Source: Cycas panzhihuaensis (Eukaryota > Plantae > Cycadophyta). From it: a stretch of 64,000 nt of DNA. The position numbers and the translations under genes were made by a program. Shown here piece after piece: positions 12,901 through 25,330 of the stretch (positions are counted from its first letter, which is position 1; every line of letters starts with the position of its first letter). The stretch is from NCBI GenBank assembly GCA_023213395.1, contig CM041465.1:177513741-177577740 (forward strand). The letters are read 5' to 3'. The notes under the pieces were generated by a model. That model was not told the origin of the DNA and did not search any database. It worked only from the letters and a program-made list of their open reading frames with translations.

Positions 12901-15318
12901 AGTTTAAAATTCTCCATTTAGATAATGGGAGAGAATTCATCTCAAATGATTTCAAAGATTTTTATAATAAAGTTAAAATAAGGAGATAGTTCATAACTCC
13001 ATATATGCCTTAATAAATTGGAGTAGCTGAAAGAAAGATAAGAACCATTATAGAAATGGCAAGATGCATGCTTAAGGCAAAGGAACTTTATGATGAATTT
13101 TAGGTTGAAGTAGTAAATATTATAGTTTATTTATTGAATAAATGTCCTACACAGCATTATAAGACTTAGCTCCTGAAAAAACTTAAATTGGTAATAAACC
13201 AAATATGAGTAATTTGAAAGTGTCTTACATATATATGTTCTTGATGAAAAAAGAACAAAGTTAGAAAGAAGAAGCATTAAATTTATTTTCATTACATACT
13301 CAAATAAACAAAAACCCTATAAATTATTTGATTTAATAGTAAAGAAATCATTTATTAGTAGAGATGTTATCTTGGATGAATATGATGTATGCAAACCTGA
13401 TATTGATAAGGAAAAGAAAGTTGTGATTGATTATATGCCTACTCGATCTTCTCAAAGTGAATCTAATTCAAGTTCAAGTGAAGTACAAAGTAAAGGTCTA
13501 AAATAACTTGAAAGAGATCATAATCCAAGTCATATTCTTAATACAAATTTTAAAAGAAGGTTAACTAGATCACAAGTTAAAGTCAATTATGTATTAATGT
13601 CTCAAGTAATACAAAATGATAAGCCTCAAGTATTTGATGAAGCTATTAAAAGTAAAGAATGGTTTCAAGCTATAAAAGTTGAATATGATACTTTGAAGAA
13701 AAATAATACATAGGATTTAGTTAAGTTACCTATTGGTAAATATGCGATTGGAATCAAGTGGGTATACAAGACCAAATATAAAATTGATAGTATAATTGAC
13801 AAATATAAGGCAAGACTTGTTACAAAGGGATATACTCAACAAGAAGGTATTGATTATGAAGAAACTTTTACTTATATTACTAAGATGGATATGATTAAGA
13901 GTATCTTATCCTTAGTTGCTCATCAAGGTTAGACTAGCATTTCTTAATGGTTATGTTGATGAAGAAATATGTGTTCTAACCTCAATAATTTAAAGTTGTA
14001 GGTTATGAAAATTTTAGTCTGTAAATTGAAAAAAATATTATATGGATTAAGATAAATTCTTAGAGCATAGTATTTTAGAATTGACAAGCATTTTTAAAAT
14101 AAAGGATTTTTACAAAGGCCATCGGATCCAAATCTGTATATAAAGACTATTGGTAATACAATTATGATTATTGCACTTTATGTTAATGATTTAATTTATA
14201 TAGGAAATGGTGATGAGTTGTTTAAGTAATTCAATGATGATATGAATTTAGAATTTAAAATGATAGACTTTGGACAATTACATTATTTTCTTGATGTTGA
14301 AGTATGACAAAGTGAAAGTAACATACATATGTCATGAGGTAAATATCCTATGAATATTTTGAAAAAAAATCAATATAATTAATTGTAATTCATGTGCCAC
14401 TCTTATTGAAGTTAAGTAAGAATGAATAATCTATTTTAATTAATCTTACTATATATCATCAGTTAACACAAAATCTAATTTACCTAATAAATACTTGACT
14501 AGATATAATATATGTAGTGAATTTGACTTCAAGATTCATGTTTGATCCCAAGCAAGAACTTTGAGTTATTACAAAAAGAATTCTTAGATACATCAAAGAA
14601 ACTATTGGTTATGGTCTTCAATATACTCCATCAAATGAATACAAATTGATTGGCTATATTGATGTCAATTGGGCAAGTGACATTAAAGATGAGAAATCTG
14701 TTTCAAGTTATATATTCAATATTAGTTTAGTTGTAATTATATGAAATATGAAGAAATAACCATTAGTCTTATTATCTACAACTAAAGTAATGTATAAGGT
14801 AGTTGAAGTAGTAGCTCATAAAGCAGATTGGCTCAAAAAGATATTACAAGATCTACGTCAAACTCAAAATAGACCTATAATGATTCATTGTAATAATTAA
14901 AGTATAATTTAAATAATGAAGACCCTAGTTTTGTATAGCAGGACAAAGCATATTGAAATCAAGCATCATTACACTCGAGAGCTAATTTTACATGGATAAA
15001 TTAAACTATATCATTATAGAATAGAAGATAAGTTGTAGATATTTTTATAAAGTCATTATTAGAAATCAAGCATTATGTACTCCCAAATGTGTATTATGGG
15101 GGAGTGTTGGAGAAATTATAGGAGTAATTTTAGGAATAATGCATATTTATACATATTTTGATATTGGAAAATTTTATGTGGGGCCCAAACCCAAGCCAAC
15201 TTATAACATATAAAGATATCATGTAATCTTATTTTTGTAATGTAATGAAAGGTATCTCACAATACCATTGATGGTCCTGGTTCTGTTTATTAATCTATTA
15301 TTTATTTATGATGTTACA
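9988..15318 (+). mobile_element. full-length but heavily decayed Ty1/copia element; LTRs 9988-10201 and 15105-~15318
   Basis: Two ~214-bp LTRs align end to end. Degenerate PBS ttatgctagagc at 10202-10213 and PPT tgggggag before 15105. Domain order is gag-PR-IN-RT-RH. Confidence 0.9.
11150..15060 (+). pseudogene. copia gag-pol polyprotein remnant
   Basis: Recognisable decayed motifs: protease WYID.ESSSH (~12140), integrase (12720-13150), RT (WVYKTKYK..YKARLVTKGYTQQEGIDYEETF) and RNase H (RTKHIEIKHHY). Confidence 0.88.
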
Positions 15319-15754
15319 CTTCATACCACACCTCATAACTACCTCTCCAAAAGCATCAACATAATTGGCAACTTTTTTATTTGATACTTCATTCATTTTG
15401 TTCTAATAGGGGCCTATGAATCACCATGACCAATGGTGACCACAAACCAATAGATCATCCATGGAAAGATCTATATTTCTCTCCACTTTCAAACTCCATA
15501 ATTCATCAACCTACATGCCCTATTTTTTGTGTACAACATGTATAAGATAGAAAAAATAATAGATTTTAATATCAAAATAGTAGTTTTAAATCTATGTGCA
15601 ATATACTTTTAGGTAATACTCTTTGCTTTTAAAAAGTACCCTTTTAATAGCTGAAAAAAATGTGTTAGTAGTTTAAATAGCCCCTTAAAACTTTAGGAAA
15701 AATAATAGTAAAATAGCTCTATTTATAACTTCAAAGATAATTACAGAATAATTC

Positions 15755-18700
15755 AAGGAATGTTGATATTAGTAAGAGGGGTTAGATTTAGAATATTATA
15801 TAAGTTTGATATAAGTATAATGTGGGATAGCAGTTGTAATTCAGCTATTATAAAAAGTAGCAGTAATACAGGTAGGACCCAAGTATCATTTGTTGGTAAA
15901 ATTATGTTGTGACATCAGATATTAGACCATATTTAAGAGGAAAGCTTATATGATTTTTTCCCTAAAGGTATGGCAGAAGACCTCTCTAGAATTAATAGCT
16001 CCTTTGATTTTAATTTTTATGAGTATTATGTTTATGGAAAATAAAATCATATTAGTTTTCCTTCAAGCTTAAAGAAAGCAAAAGATATTCTATAACTGAT
16101 ACATAACAATATTTTTAGACTTGTTGATGTACCATCATTGGGTGGATCCAAATATTTTATCTCATTTATAGATAATTTCTTAAGAAATACATGGTTGTAG
16201 TTTCTTAAATAGAAATATGAGGTCTTTAGTAAATTCAAAGAATTTAAGGCCTTGATTAAGAATTAGAGTGATGGGCAGATCAAGGTACTAAGGACTGATA
16301 ATGGAGGTGAGTTTTGCTCAAAGGAGTTTAAGTAATTCTATAAGTAGTATGGAATAGTAAGGCTGAAGATAACTCCCTATATGCTACAATAAAACAAAGT
16401 TGCTAAAAGGACGAATAGGACCTTATTAGAGAGATTAAGAAGTATGCTCAATGCCATTAGTTTAAAAAAGAAATTCTAGGTTGAGGTTGTGATGACTATA
16501 AGATAGCTAATAAATAGATCACTAATGACTGCCTTAGTATACCAAATTCCTAAAGAAGTATGGTCCAATAAGAATCCATTTCTTAGTTATCTTAAAGTTT
16601 TTTTTTATAAAGCTTTATATATACTCCTACCCTATAAAGGAATAAGCTTAATTTCAAAACACAAAAAACTATTTTTATCAGCTATGGTGATGGTGTTAAA
16701 GGGTACAAGCTTTATAACCCTAAAACATAGAAAATTGTGTATAGTTATGATGTTATCTTTAAAGAGGAGTTTAAGTCTCTAAAACGGGATGAAGAACCAA
16801 AGGAGGCAAACTCTAAGAAGGTATAGTTTGAGATAAGAGATGATAATTCTGCATCAAAGTATAAGTCAACTAAAGAGGAAGGACTAACTATGGAGGTATC
16901 CCAACCTTAAGAATCTCACATCTTGAAGAGACTAACTCGTAAAAGAAGACAACTTGACAGATATATTCCTAAATATTTTCATCACTCTTTTATTTTACCT
17001 ACTACAAATGATGATCTAGGTATTATTAAGGAGGCTCTAAAGTCAAAAGAGAGCCAACTCTAGATGAATATCATAGAAGAAGAAATGATGATTTCAGAAA
17101 AAAATAATACGTGGGATTTAGTGGATCTACCTAATAGTAAAAAACTTATTAATAAAAAATAGATCTTCAAGAAAAAGTTTTAAGTAGATGGTACTGTGGA
17201 AAAGTACAAGGCCCACTTAATAATAAAGGATTATTATTGGGTTAAGGGAATAAATTTTAGTGAGATATTTTCTCCTAATGCAAAGATAGCTTTAATTAGA
17301 TTTTTGTTGGCTATATCAATTGCTTATAATTTTGAAGTAGATTAGATGGATGTAAAGTCTATGTTTTTCATAGTGACCTCAAGGAAGAAATTTATATATT
17401 ACAGATTAAATGTTTTGAAGTTGCAGGAAAGGAAAATATAGTATAAAGATTGAAGAAGTTATTATATAACTTGAATTAATCACTAAGGATATGGTATCGG
17501 AAGTTTGATTCTCATATATTGGTAGATGACTTTATATATAATAAAATAGATCATTGTATCTATTATAAACAAGTTGGTGATAACCTTTTTATTCTAACTT
17601 TATATATTAATAATATACTTTTAGTTGGTAATAGTAAAGAAATGAACTAACTTATAAAAGGTTAACTAACATCTCATTTTGAAATGAAATACCTTAGTGC
17701 TACACATTTTATTTTAGGTATTAAAATTAAAAGAGATAAGAGAAATAAGAAGATTTAGCTTAACTAGAGGTGGTATATTGAGATGATACTCTAGTAATTT
17801 AGTTTGTAGGATAGCAAACTAGTTAATATTCCTCTTCCTGTTAGTTTAAAATTATCAGTTGGACAATGTCTAAAGACTCACTAAGAAATTGAAGACATGG
17901 CATTTAGCCCTTATGCTAGTGTAGTTGGCACACTGATATATATGATAGTTTCCACTCAACTAGGCATTACCTATGTAGCGAGAATAGTTAGAAGATATAT
18001 ATCAAACCTAAATAAAGAGTATTGGGTGGCTATGGAAAGGATTTTTAGGTATCTGCAGGGTGCATTAGACTATAGAATTTGCTATTAAGGAGATCCCATC
18101 AAGAGTAGAACAATGAACCTGAAAGTATTTGTCAATGTTAATTGGGCTAAAAATCTTGATAGTAGAAGATCTACAAGTAAGTATAATTTTACCATTTGTA
18201 GTAGCATAGTTACTTGGATCAGTAAAAGATAACAAGTTATGCCACTTTCTAGCACAAAATCAAAGTATATAATAACTACCAATACATATAAGAAAGTAGT
18301 TTAATTATAAAGATTATGTATAGATGTCAATTTTAAGTAGGATGCTTTAAGGATAGATTATAATAGTTAAAATATAATTTACCTGACACAGAACCCCACA
18401 TTCCATGCTTGATCGAAATATATTGATGTGCAATTCTATTCTATGATAGAAATAGTTTAGTACTACAAGGTAGACCTATAAAAGATTATTACATAAGAGA
18501 ATGCTACATACTCATTGACCAAGATTACTAGCACGAAATAATGTAAAAAAGTAATGGGTATTTATGATTTTATTATTCAGTAGTTATATATATAAGTTTC
18601 TTGTAAAGTGTTCAATAAGTAGGAGATTGTTGGATATGTTGAACACTTTGTAAGTGTTACATGGGTATAAGTATTATATTTGAGCCCCTTAGTAGGGTTT

Positions 18701-19214
18701 GAGGGCCCATGATAGGGCCTTCTACTAAGGGTTTAAAAGGCTAGTGGCCCTCTAAGAAACAATTCAAGAGTGAGAGCCCCTAAAAAAAATAAAATTGGTG
18801 TCTTATAAGGGTCCTTTTTGGCTCGTGGTTTATGTCTATTGTATTATAAAACCATAAGGTACTATCTTGTAAGTTTATTTCTATATATTTTTCTATAATG
18901 ACACATGTAAGAAGGTTTGATGAGTTAATGAAAAGAGAGTTAAGGTTTCATCTTTATAATTCTTTAGCTATTTCTCAAATTAATAAAAAGTCTATGCTTA
19001 GATTAAAATCTCTCATTGTTCTTTATTGTGTGCTTGGTGTATTTATATTATTTGCTCTTTGTAGGTTTAGAGTTCTATTAATACATTTCTTCTATAGTTA
19101 TATTTTTTCTTTATGTTGTATTAATGAAGCTACATTATTTTTATCCATAAATAGTAATGATGCAGTTAAAGGTTGTATGTTAATATAAGTCAATATTTAG
19201 AACCATATTTGACA
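15755..19214 (+). mobile_element. 5'-truncated copia (GAG-pre-IN, integrase, RT, RNase H, PPT, 3' LTR ~18628-19214)
   Basis: Integrase IKVLRTDNGGEFCSKEF (~16280) and RT/RH ORF 17897..18088 (PYASVVGTLIYMIVST). PPT aagtaggagat precedes tgttgg at 18628. Confidence 0.88.
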
Positions 19215-20929
19215 AAAGGCATGGTATACAATTATAAAATTGCTCTTGTACCTCCATATTCAACCATTTATTAGTTAGGTAATTTGACTTATTCCTAAAA
19301 ATAGTTGTTTAATGGTGATCAACTAATAAATCACATATCCAGAACACTTTCTACTAAATTGGAAGCAATAAGAACTAGTTATTCATGTAGTCCATATAAA
19401 ATTTTAAATTTTCACTCTGATAACATATTGGAATACACTCATAATATACAACAGAAGTATATCAAACATATATAAGGTCAACATATCAAGCAATAACATG
19501 AACATTAATAAACATCATCATAAGAGAGAACAAATTTATATGTGAAAAAACCAATGTAAAAAAAATTATAAGAGAATGTTAGAGTTAGAAACTCCTCTTT
19601 ATGATATCAAATAATTACATCTCCAAGTTAATCTTTATTTCTTAAGTTGTTAAGTGGTATATGTGTGTGTGTATCACATCATGAATAGTCTATAATATCT
19701 CTTAAACCTTTTCATCATATAATAGGATGTATACATGAATAATCATCTATATCATATTTATTAATACTTTCAGTGAGTGGAATTTTATAGGGGTCTATAA
19801 CTTTATATTAAATATCTAAAAATATCACATATTTTAAAACTCCCCCTTAATATTTAATAATTTTAAATTTTCAATCAACCATTATTTTCAATATTTTCTA
19901 TTTTTCTTATATACTAGAATTTGTAAACTTATATCAAATTGAATCAATCTAAATAAACTTATATCACCTGTAACCTATAAATTTATCAACATAATGCCTG
20001 TGTCGTACAAGTAATTAATCTATAACCATTTGTAGTTATCAATGATTATTAGTCACCAATTGTAAGCATCACACCTATAAAACACTTATAAACTAACCGT
20101 CAATCAACTATCAAATAACCAATCTTAATTTCATAACTCTCACTTATTATTTTTATATAAAGCTTTATCCTAAACAACTTCATATCTTTACTTATAAAGT
20201 TATCATAAATCAATGTCATTAACCTATCAACTCAATAATCTTATAAATAAAAAAGATTGCAAATGTTTATATAAAACAACAACCATTTACTGACATATAT
20301 AGATTACTATTACAAGTAGTTGTAATTATTAATTCTCTAGGATGCATTTCTTATACGTGCTTTATCAACAAGCAAAATAATACCTAACTATTAGGTAAAA
20401 TATTATTACAAGAGTAGTATAATATCTCACCTCTTACGTATGAGAACAACATGATCTATATATTATATAATTGTAATATCATTAATCTTGCCTCTTGTGT
20501 ATGAGCAAATAACTTATGTGCTACATTTTTTGGTACTTCTGCATACATATTTTATAACTTTCTTTTGGAAATCAATAAATAAAATAATAACAATTAATAA
20601 TTTAAACATACTAACTTTAGAAACAAGGTGTACTACCTGGCCAAGTCAAGTTAGATGTAATAAGGTAATATAAACAGTATATTTCCATGCCCCCTTTTTT
20701 TTTTTTTGATAAGGTAAAATAAATTAAAGGGGTTTTAACTGGGTCCCCAAACCCGGTACAACAAGGCCAACCGGCAAAGAAGATCTGACCATGACAGGCC
20801 CATGGTCTAACCCAAGATTAAATCTGCAATCCTGGTTCCCTCTCCTATATGTACATCTACCCTGACCAATCTCAGTAACTCCTCCGGGAACTCCTCTTTC
20901 TAAACTTTTGATCTTTTATTTGACACATC

Positions 20930-23900
20930 TCAATTTGCCAACCAATCCGCCACCGCATTACCTTCCCTGTAGGTATGTTGAATCTGAACCTCCGCCCTGT
21001 CTCTCAAAACATCTTTGGCATCCTCAAAGATATCTATATTCTCCCAACCAGGGTCCATTTCCCCTCTCAAGCACTTAATTGCGTACATAGAGTCACCCTC
21101 AATTATCACTTTTTGTGCATCTTCCTCGTCCAATATAGTAATGGCCCTCAGCATAGCCCGGACCTCAGCTTTCTGGTTCGATTGAACCCCAAAGTATTCC
21201 GCAAAGGCCCATCTCACGTTACCATCATGATCCCTACAAAGGCCCCCACCTCCCGCCTCTCCAGGGTTGCCTTTAGCAGCACCGTCAAAGTTGACTTTTA
21301 CCCAAGATCCATCTGGAGGATGCCACTTGACATCTCTTCTCTTTGCTTTGACGCCCTCCCGGGGCACTATACCCCAATCTTTAATAATATCCTCTTCCCC
21401 CTTGGAAAGCCTATCCTCCTTAGGTCTATCCATCATTTCTGGGATGGCCTTTCTGATCTCTGTCACCAACACTTGGCTATCCTTCTCTTTACCTTCGAAT
21501 ATCCTCCTGTTACGCTCTTTCCAAATGAACCAAGAACCTACCGGGAAGATCATCTTCCATAGCCTGGAGAGGGTTTTGCTTTTGAAAGGCGATGTCCATG
21601 CTGCCCACTGTTCATCTAGGGAATACGAGGACACCCAGGCTATCCCCATCCCAGCCCAGATGACATTCCAAATCCCCTCCGCATAAGGACAGTGGATGCA
21701 CAGATGGTCCAAGGTTTCAACATCCATCTTACACATCACACATCTACTCGCCAACTGGAATCCCCTTTTTGAGAGGTTATCCAGTGTTAGTAATTTGTTT
21801 TGAAGGCATAGCCACCAGAAGGCTGCAATTTTAGGTAGAACCCCTAACTTCCATACCCCGGCCAGCCTTTCATTTCTTTCCCATCCCTCTCTGCTCATCC
21901 TCAAATCATAGCCCGATTTGATCGTGTATGATCCCACAGACGAAAGGGGCCATACCAAGGAATCCGGGCCCGTCCTCTTCGGGATATACTGTTTATCTAA
22001 GATCTCTTTCACCATGCGGATCTCCTCCTCAAGACCAGGCACTTCCTCGAATGATCTCCACCTCCTATCCTTACCTTGCCCAACCCAATAATTCTTGACC
22101 AGAATTCCATATCGGTTTATACATTCTCTCCTCATGGAACCACTATTCAGCATCTCCTCCAGCTTAAAATGACCACACCATTTATCTTCCCAAAACCTTA
22201 TGCTTTCGCCGTCCCCCAGCTTCCAACGCATGCCTTCACGAAGAAGGGACCTTGAGGAACTAATGGCTCTCCATACCTGGGATCCCTCCTTACAAAGCCC
22301 CTCCTCCAGAAGAAAGTGCTTGTCCCCCAGATACTTCCTCGCAATAATCCTCCCCCAGGTCGTACCAGCTTCTTTTGAAAGCCTCCATCCCGTCTTTGCC
22401 AAGAGGGCTTCATTGAAATAACCCAGTCTTCTTACGTTTAGACCTCCCGCCCACTTAGGTCTGCACACCTTATCCCAAGACACTAGGTGAAATTTCCTTT
22501 TCTCTTCAGCACCTGACCAAAGGAATCTCTTCATAATTCCTTCCAGAGTCAAAATGACCTTTTTCAGAATTTTGTAGACTGTCATTTGATAGACCAGAAT
22601 GCTCTGTAGGGAAGCCACAAGCAGCTGGATTTTCCCAGCCCCACTGAGGAGGGCCCCTTTCCAACCAGCCAACTTCCTATTGAATCTGCTTACTACTGAA
22701 TCCCACATTTCCTTCCCCATCCTTCCTACAAAAAGAGGCATACCGAGATAAGAGCTAGGGAGGGCGCCTCTCGCCATTTCCAGAATCCTGCAGATTTTAC
22801 CTTGAAGTCTCTCCGGAGTATTGATAAAAAAGACTGAACTCTTGTTCAAATTTATTTTTTGGTTTGTCGCCTTTTCATATGCCTGAAGACCCAGTTGTAG
22901 GGCCCTGGCCTCCCTCAAAGAGGCCCTGCATAGGAAAATATTGTCATCAACAAACTGATGAAGCACTATATTTTCTAGGTTAGAGGAGGCTCTCAATCCT
23001 ATTATCCTCCCTATCCTCTGGGCCTCCATCGTCGCCCTACCTAGCATCTCTGCCATAATAATGAACAAGAAGGGAGAGAGGGGGTCACCTTGCCTCAGAC
23101 CCCTAGATCCCACAAAGAAAGGGGTCGACCTCCCATTTATTAATACTGAAAAGGAGACTCTAGAGATACAACACCAAATCCACTCCCTCCATATCTCCCC
23201 AAAACCAAAAGCCTCAAGGCACTCCATCAAGCAATCCCAAGCCACCCGATCATAGGCCTTTGACATATCTATTTTGATAACCATTCTGGCTTCCTTGCGG
23301 TGCATCGTCGAATGCAAGGTCTCATGGGCAATTATAATACCATCTGAGATTTGTCTACCTTTGACAAACCTGTCCTGGGTTGGGGAAATGATGTCCGGGA
23401 GGTACTGCTTCAGGCGATTTGCCAACACTTTTGCCAATATCTTGTATTTAACATTGCACAGAATGATTGGTCTGAAGTCTTCCATGACTTCCACACCCTC
23501 CTTCTTTGGTATCAGAGCCAAAAACGTGGCCTGCCACTCTTTTAGAATTGTGCGCCTCTGAAGGAATTCGTTTAGCGCCTCCATCAAGTCGTCCTTGATT
23601 ATCTCCCAATATTCTTGGAAAAAACCTGGAGGAAAACCATCCGACCCTAGAGCTTTATCGCGGCCCATCTTGAATAAAGCCCTCTCTACCTCCTCCTGGG
23701 AGAAAGGTTCTACCAATTTATTATTCTGGTCCTCATTTATCAATTTCGGTATATGATGTAAGAGTGCCTCCCTAATGGAGGAGTCTTGACATCCTGGCTC
23801 TGTAAACAACTCCTTAAAGTGTTCCATAGCAATACCACCGATCTGATCCTCCACCTCATACACAACCCCATCCCTGCTCGAGATTTTTGGGATCCTATTG

Positions 23901-24013
23901 TGAACCCTATGTCTCAAGGTGGACATATGGAAAAACTTCGTGTTTCTGTCCCCTTCCCTTATCCATTGCTCTCTGGATTTCTGTTTCCAGAATATTTCCT
24001 CTCTTGCCAGCAC
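20930..24013 (-). CDS. LINE ORF2 main open segment: reverse transcriptase, zf-RVT and C-terminal RNase H (RVT_3)
   Basis: 1027-aa ORF with GDRNTKFFH, KIDMSKAYDRV, RGLRQGDPLSPFLF, HQFVDD, CVMC..ETLDHLCIHC, KVNFDGAAKGNPGEAGGGG and HTYREGNAVADWLAN. The stop at 20930 is probably a TGG>TGA lesion. Confidence 0.95.
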   Translation of the reverse strand: MLAREEIFWKQKSREQWIREGDRNTKFFHMSTLRHRVHNRIPKISSRDGVVYEVEDQIGGIAMEHFKELFTEPGCQDSSIREALLHHIPKLINEDQNNKLVEPFSQEEVERALFKMGRDKALGSDGFPPGFFQEYWEIIKDDLMEALNEFLQRRTILKEWQATFLALIPKKEGVEVMEDFRPIILCNVKYKILAKVLANRLKQYLPDIISPTQDRFVKGRQISDGIIIAHETLHSTMHRKEARMVIKIDMSKAYDRVAWDCLMECLEAFGFGEIWREWIWCCISRVSFSVLINGRSTPFFVGSRGLRQGDPLSPFLFIIMAEMLGRATMEAQRIGRIIGLRASSNLENIVLHQFVDDNIFLCRASLREARALQLGLQAYEKATNQKINLNKSSVFFINTPERLQGKICRILEMARGALPSSYLGMPLFVGRMGKEMWDSVVSRFNRKLAGWKGALLSGAGKIQLLVASLQSILVYQMTVYKILKKVILTLEGIMKRFLWSGAEEKRKFHLVSWDKVCRPKWAGGLNVRRLGYFNEALLAKTGWRLSKEAGTTWGRIIARKYLGDKHFLLEEGLCKEGSQVWRAISSSRSLLREGMRWKLGDGESIRFWEDKWCGHFKLEEMLNSGSMRRECINRYGILVKNYWVGQGKDRRWRSFEEVPGLEEEIRMVKEILDKQYIPKRTGPDSLVWPLSSVGSYTIKSGYDLRMSREGWERNERLAGVWKLGVLPKIAAFWWLCLQNKLLTLDNLSKRGFQLASRCVMCKMDVETLDHLCIHCPYAEGIWNVIWAGMGIAWVSSYSLDEQWAAWTSPFKSKTLSRLWKMIFPVGSWFIWKERNRRIFEGKEKDSQVLVTEIRKAIPEMMDRPKEDRLSKGEEDIIKDWGIVPREGVKAKRRDVKWHPPDGSWVKVNFDGAAKGNPGEAGGGGLCRDHDGNVRWAFAEYFGVQSNQKAEVRAMLRAITILDEEDAQKVIIEGDSMYAIKCLRGEMDPGWENIDIFEDAKDVLRDRAEVQIQHTYREGNAVADWLAN

Positions 24014-25230
24014 CTCTTCATATTTCCTTGAAGTTGAAAGCTCCTTATGGTCCAGTTCCTAGGTTCTGCCCTCCCTCTGGATCCTATCCTCTATATCTTT
24101 TAGTTCCTCCACCAGAGCACCCTTATGTTCGAATATATTACCAAAGACCTCTTTATTCCAAACCTTGATTTGTGTCTTAATCCAATTCAGCTTCCTCGAA
24201 AATCTAAACATGGCACAACCCTGAATCTGAATACCCCACCATTCCTTGATCCTCTCTCTCAAGTCTGGATGTTTCTGCCACATAAGCTCAAAACGAAATG
24301 GCGCCCCTTTGAAAAAAGCCGGAACGAACCCCTCCAGAATGAGAGGAGTATGATCCGACCCCATTTTCGGAAGGGCCTCCAGCCTAACACCTTCGAAATG
24401 ACATGCCCATTCATAGTTTATTAATATTCTATCCAATCTACACTATATATGATTGTGCCCTAGCCTCCTATTGGACCATGTATACCTCGCTCCCCTAAGA
24501 GGAACGTCCATCAGACCACCCGATTGCACAAAAACACCCAGATCAGACATACTTCTAGTCCACCCCCCTTGCCCGCCTTTCTTCTCTTCCATACTCAAAG
24601 GGGAATTGAAGTCCCCCGCCACCAGCCAAGGACCAGCCCAGTCTTTATGGGCACTGTATATGATTGTGCCCTAGCCTCCTATTGGACCATGTATACCTCG
24701 CTCCCCTAAGAGGAACGTCCATCAGACCACCCAATTGCACAAAAACACCCAGATCAGACATACTTCTAGTCCACCCCCCTTGCCCGCCTTTCTTCTCTTC
24801 CAGACTCAAAGGGGAATTGAAGTCCCCTGCCACCAACCAAGGACCAGCCCAGTCTTTATGGGCAACCACCAATCCTTCCCATAATCTCCTCCTACCCTCT
24901 CTAATTAGGGCGTAGATATTAGTGATCCAATACTCTTTGTTAGTAGATGTACTAACCAACCCTTGATGAGGAAGTGTTCACTCTTGCACACCTCCCACCT
25001 TTCCATCTCTTGGGATTCCACAGAGACCAACCCTCCCAACAGCCGAGCACACTTGTCTTCCCCTCTCTGCTCCTCCAAATCTTATTCAACACCTCTGCTT
25101 CCTTGATCTGCTCCACTTTAGTCTCCTGCAGGAGTACAATGTCATCCTCTGACTTTATTCTAATCTCTCTAACCAATCTTTGCTTTGATGGGGCATTTAG
25201 CCCCCTAATATTCCAAGAAAGGATCCTCAT
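24014..25230 (-). pseudogene. LINE ORF2 APE endonuclease domain, frameshifted and partly duplicated
   Basis: MRILSWNIRGLN..DIVLLQETK (24952..25230), WLVAGDFNS and YTWSNRR (24645..24959), DRILIN..GSDHTPL..FRFELMW (24059..24436). Confidence 0.93.
24441..24862. repeat. 211-bp tandem duplication inside the LINE endonuclease domain
   Basis: Copies 24441-24651 and 24652-24862 differ at 5 positions. Confidence 0.95.
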
Positions 25231-25330
25231 GAATGACCGGAGGCTTCGCCCCTCATCCTTTCCTACTTCTGAGGTTGGGGCCTTCTAGTGCCCCCCCTTC
25301 TTTCAGCGTGCTCTAGTACCCCAGGTCTAT

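Noticed and set aside
24441-24862. RT next to two near-identical repeats, resembling a DGR template/variable repeat pair or a retron
   Set aside because: The RT is a eukaryotic L1 ORF2 with APE domain and poly(A). The 5 differences are not adenine-specific and the repeats lie inside the endonuclease domain.
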